64,000 nt of DNA from Nostoc sp. GTDB lineage: Bacteria; Cyanobacteriota; Cyanobacteriia; Cyanobacteriales; Nostocaceae. A program made the translations under genes and the position numbers. The stretch lies in the NCBI GenBank assembly GCA_036918135.1, contig JBALDB010000002.1:224001-288000 (forward strand). Reading direction: 5' to 3'. Below, in pieces: positions 63,199-64,000 of the stretch. How positions within the stretch are numbered: the first letter of the stretch is position 1; each line of letters starts with the position of its first letter. The notes below the pieces were generated by a model, which saw only the letters and a list, made by a program, of their open reading frames with translations, searched no databases and was not told the origin of the DNA.

Positions 63199-63614
63199 AG
63201 TGATAGCTGAAATCTGGACTTAAAATAGCTACAAGGTTTACTTGCAATTTTCACACTTTTGGGGTGAATATTATAAAGTTTGCCAACAGTATCAGCTATG
63301 ACCAGATTTTTTACTCCTGCACGCTAAAGCAGTTGTGCTTATGCTAACGCTTAAATTATCTTAAACGTTGACTTCGGTTTATTGCTACAGTTAATAAACC
63401 AATCACCAAGACTATTACTTTGTTGAAACTTTAGAAATCCTATTTATTGGGCGATCGCACTTTATCAAGTACTACCAATTAGTAATAGATGTTAACTATA
63501 GCAAAATCATTAATTTTGACTTTAATAATTTTACTATAGTAAGCCTGTGACAATGTATATTAGTGAGTCCTCTTGTTTTATCTTTACCACTTTCCAGTGT
63601 CAAGAATACTCGTA

Positions 63615-63995
63615 TTAGTCTACATAATCTGTTGGTATTTCCGACTCAACGGTATTATTTGAAACTATTGGGCGGCTACCATCAATTTCTAGAGTATCTT
63701 TAACTGTAAATTTACTCTTAGCGATTGGACGTTGACCGTCTATATCAAGAATTTCCTCAACCTCTAAATCACTATGGTCAATTGGACGTTGACCGTCTAC
63801 GTTTAGTATTTCATTATCTTGAAAAGGACTTTTAGCAATTGGGCGATGACCATCTATATCAATTGTGCGACCGGAATTATTTTCATCCTTTGCAATTGGT
63901 CGTAGACCATCTATATTAACTATTTCCTCAATTTCAAAGTTACTTGGATCGATTGGACGCTGACCATCTATATTAATTGCTTTATTTGTATGCAT
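63615..63995 (-). CDS. 19-aa repeat protein (may extend beyond the window end)
   Basis: Six copies of [IV]DG.RPI at 19-aa spacing. Confidence 0.75.
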   Translation of the reverse strand: MHTNKAINIDGQRPIDPSNFEIEEIVNIDGLRPIAKDENNSGRTIDIDGHRPIAKSPFQDNEILNVDGQRPIDHSDLEVEEILDIDGQRPIAKSKFTVKDTLEIDGSRPIVSNNTVESEIPTDYVD

Positions 63996-64000
63996 CTGTT

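Overview
Chromosomal window from a heterocyst-forming cyanobacterium (Nostocales). It is AT-rich, with frequent HIP1 octamers (GCGATCGC), STRR heptamer arrays and small dispersed repeats. Core blocks: oxoprolinase, ctp protease and GT2; response regulator, an asr1734-like regulator, ndhM and a prpJ-like PP2C/FHA cluster; a nitrate assimilation cluster (nirA-nrtP-narB, narM, divergent Rieske/nirB) with a canonical NtcA promoter; HCP, purH, isiD-coaBC and an M50 protease. Accessory or decayed blocks: (i) 5.4-12 kb, a lipase, an unusual RTX protein and a broken HTH-NB-ARC-WD40 gene; (ii) a 15 x 21-bp array between nirA and nrtP; (iii) three tandem Yfr2-like sRNA genes, each with its own promoter, downstream of purH; (iv) a DNA methyltransferase fused to a restriction-nuclease remnant; (v) 47.6-56.1 kb, a collapsed sigma/DUF1822/CHAT-STAND locus, a GC-rich foreign TetR-oxidoreductase islet, ISAs1 remnants and a run of two-gene TA-like or retropepsin cassettes, one bounded by 48-bp direct repeats. 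No tRNA, rRNA or CRISPR array was seen. All family assignments come from motif recognition by eye, not from database searches.
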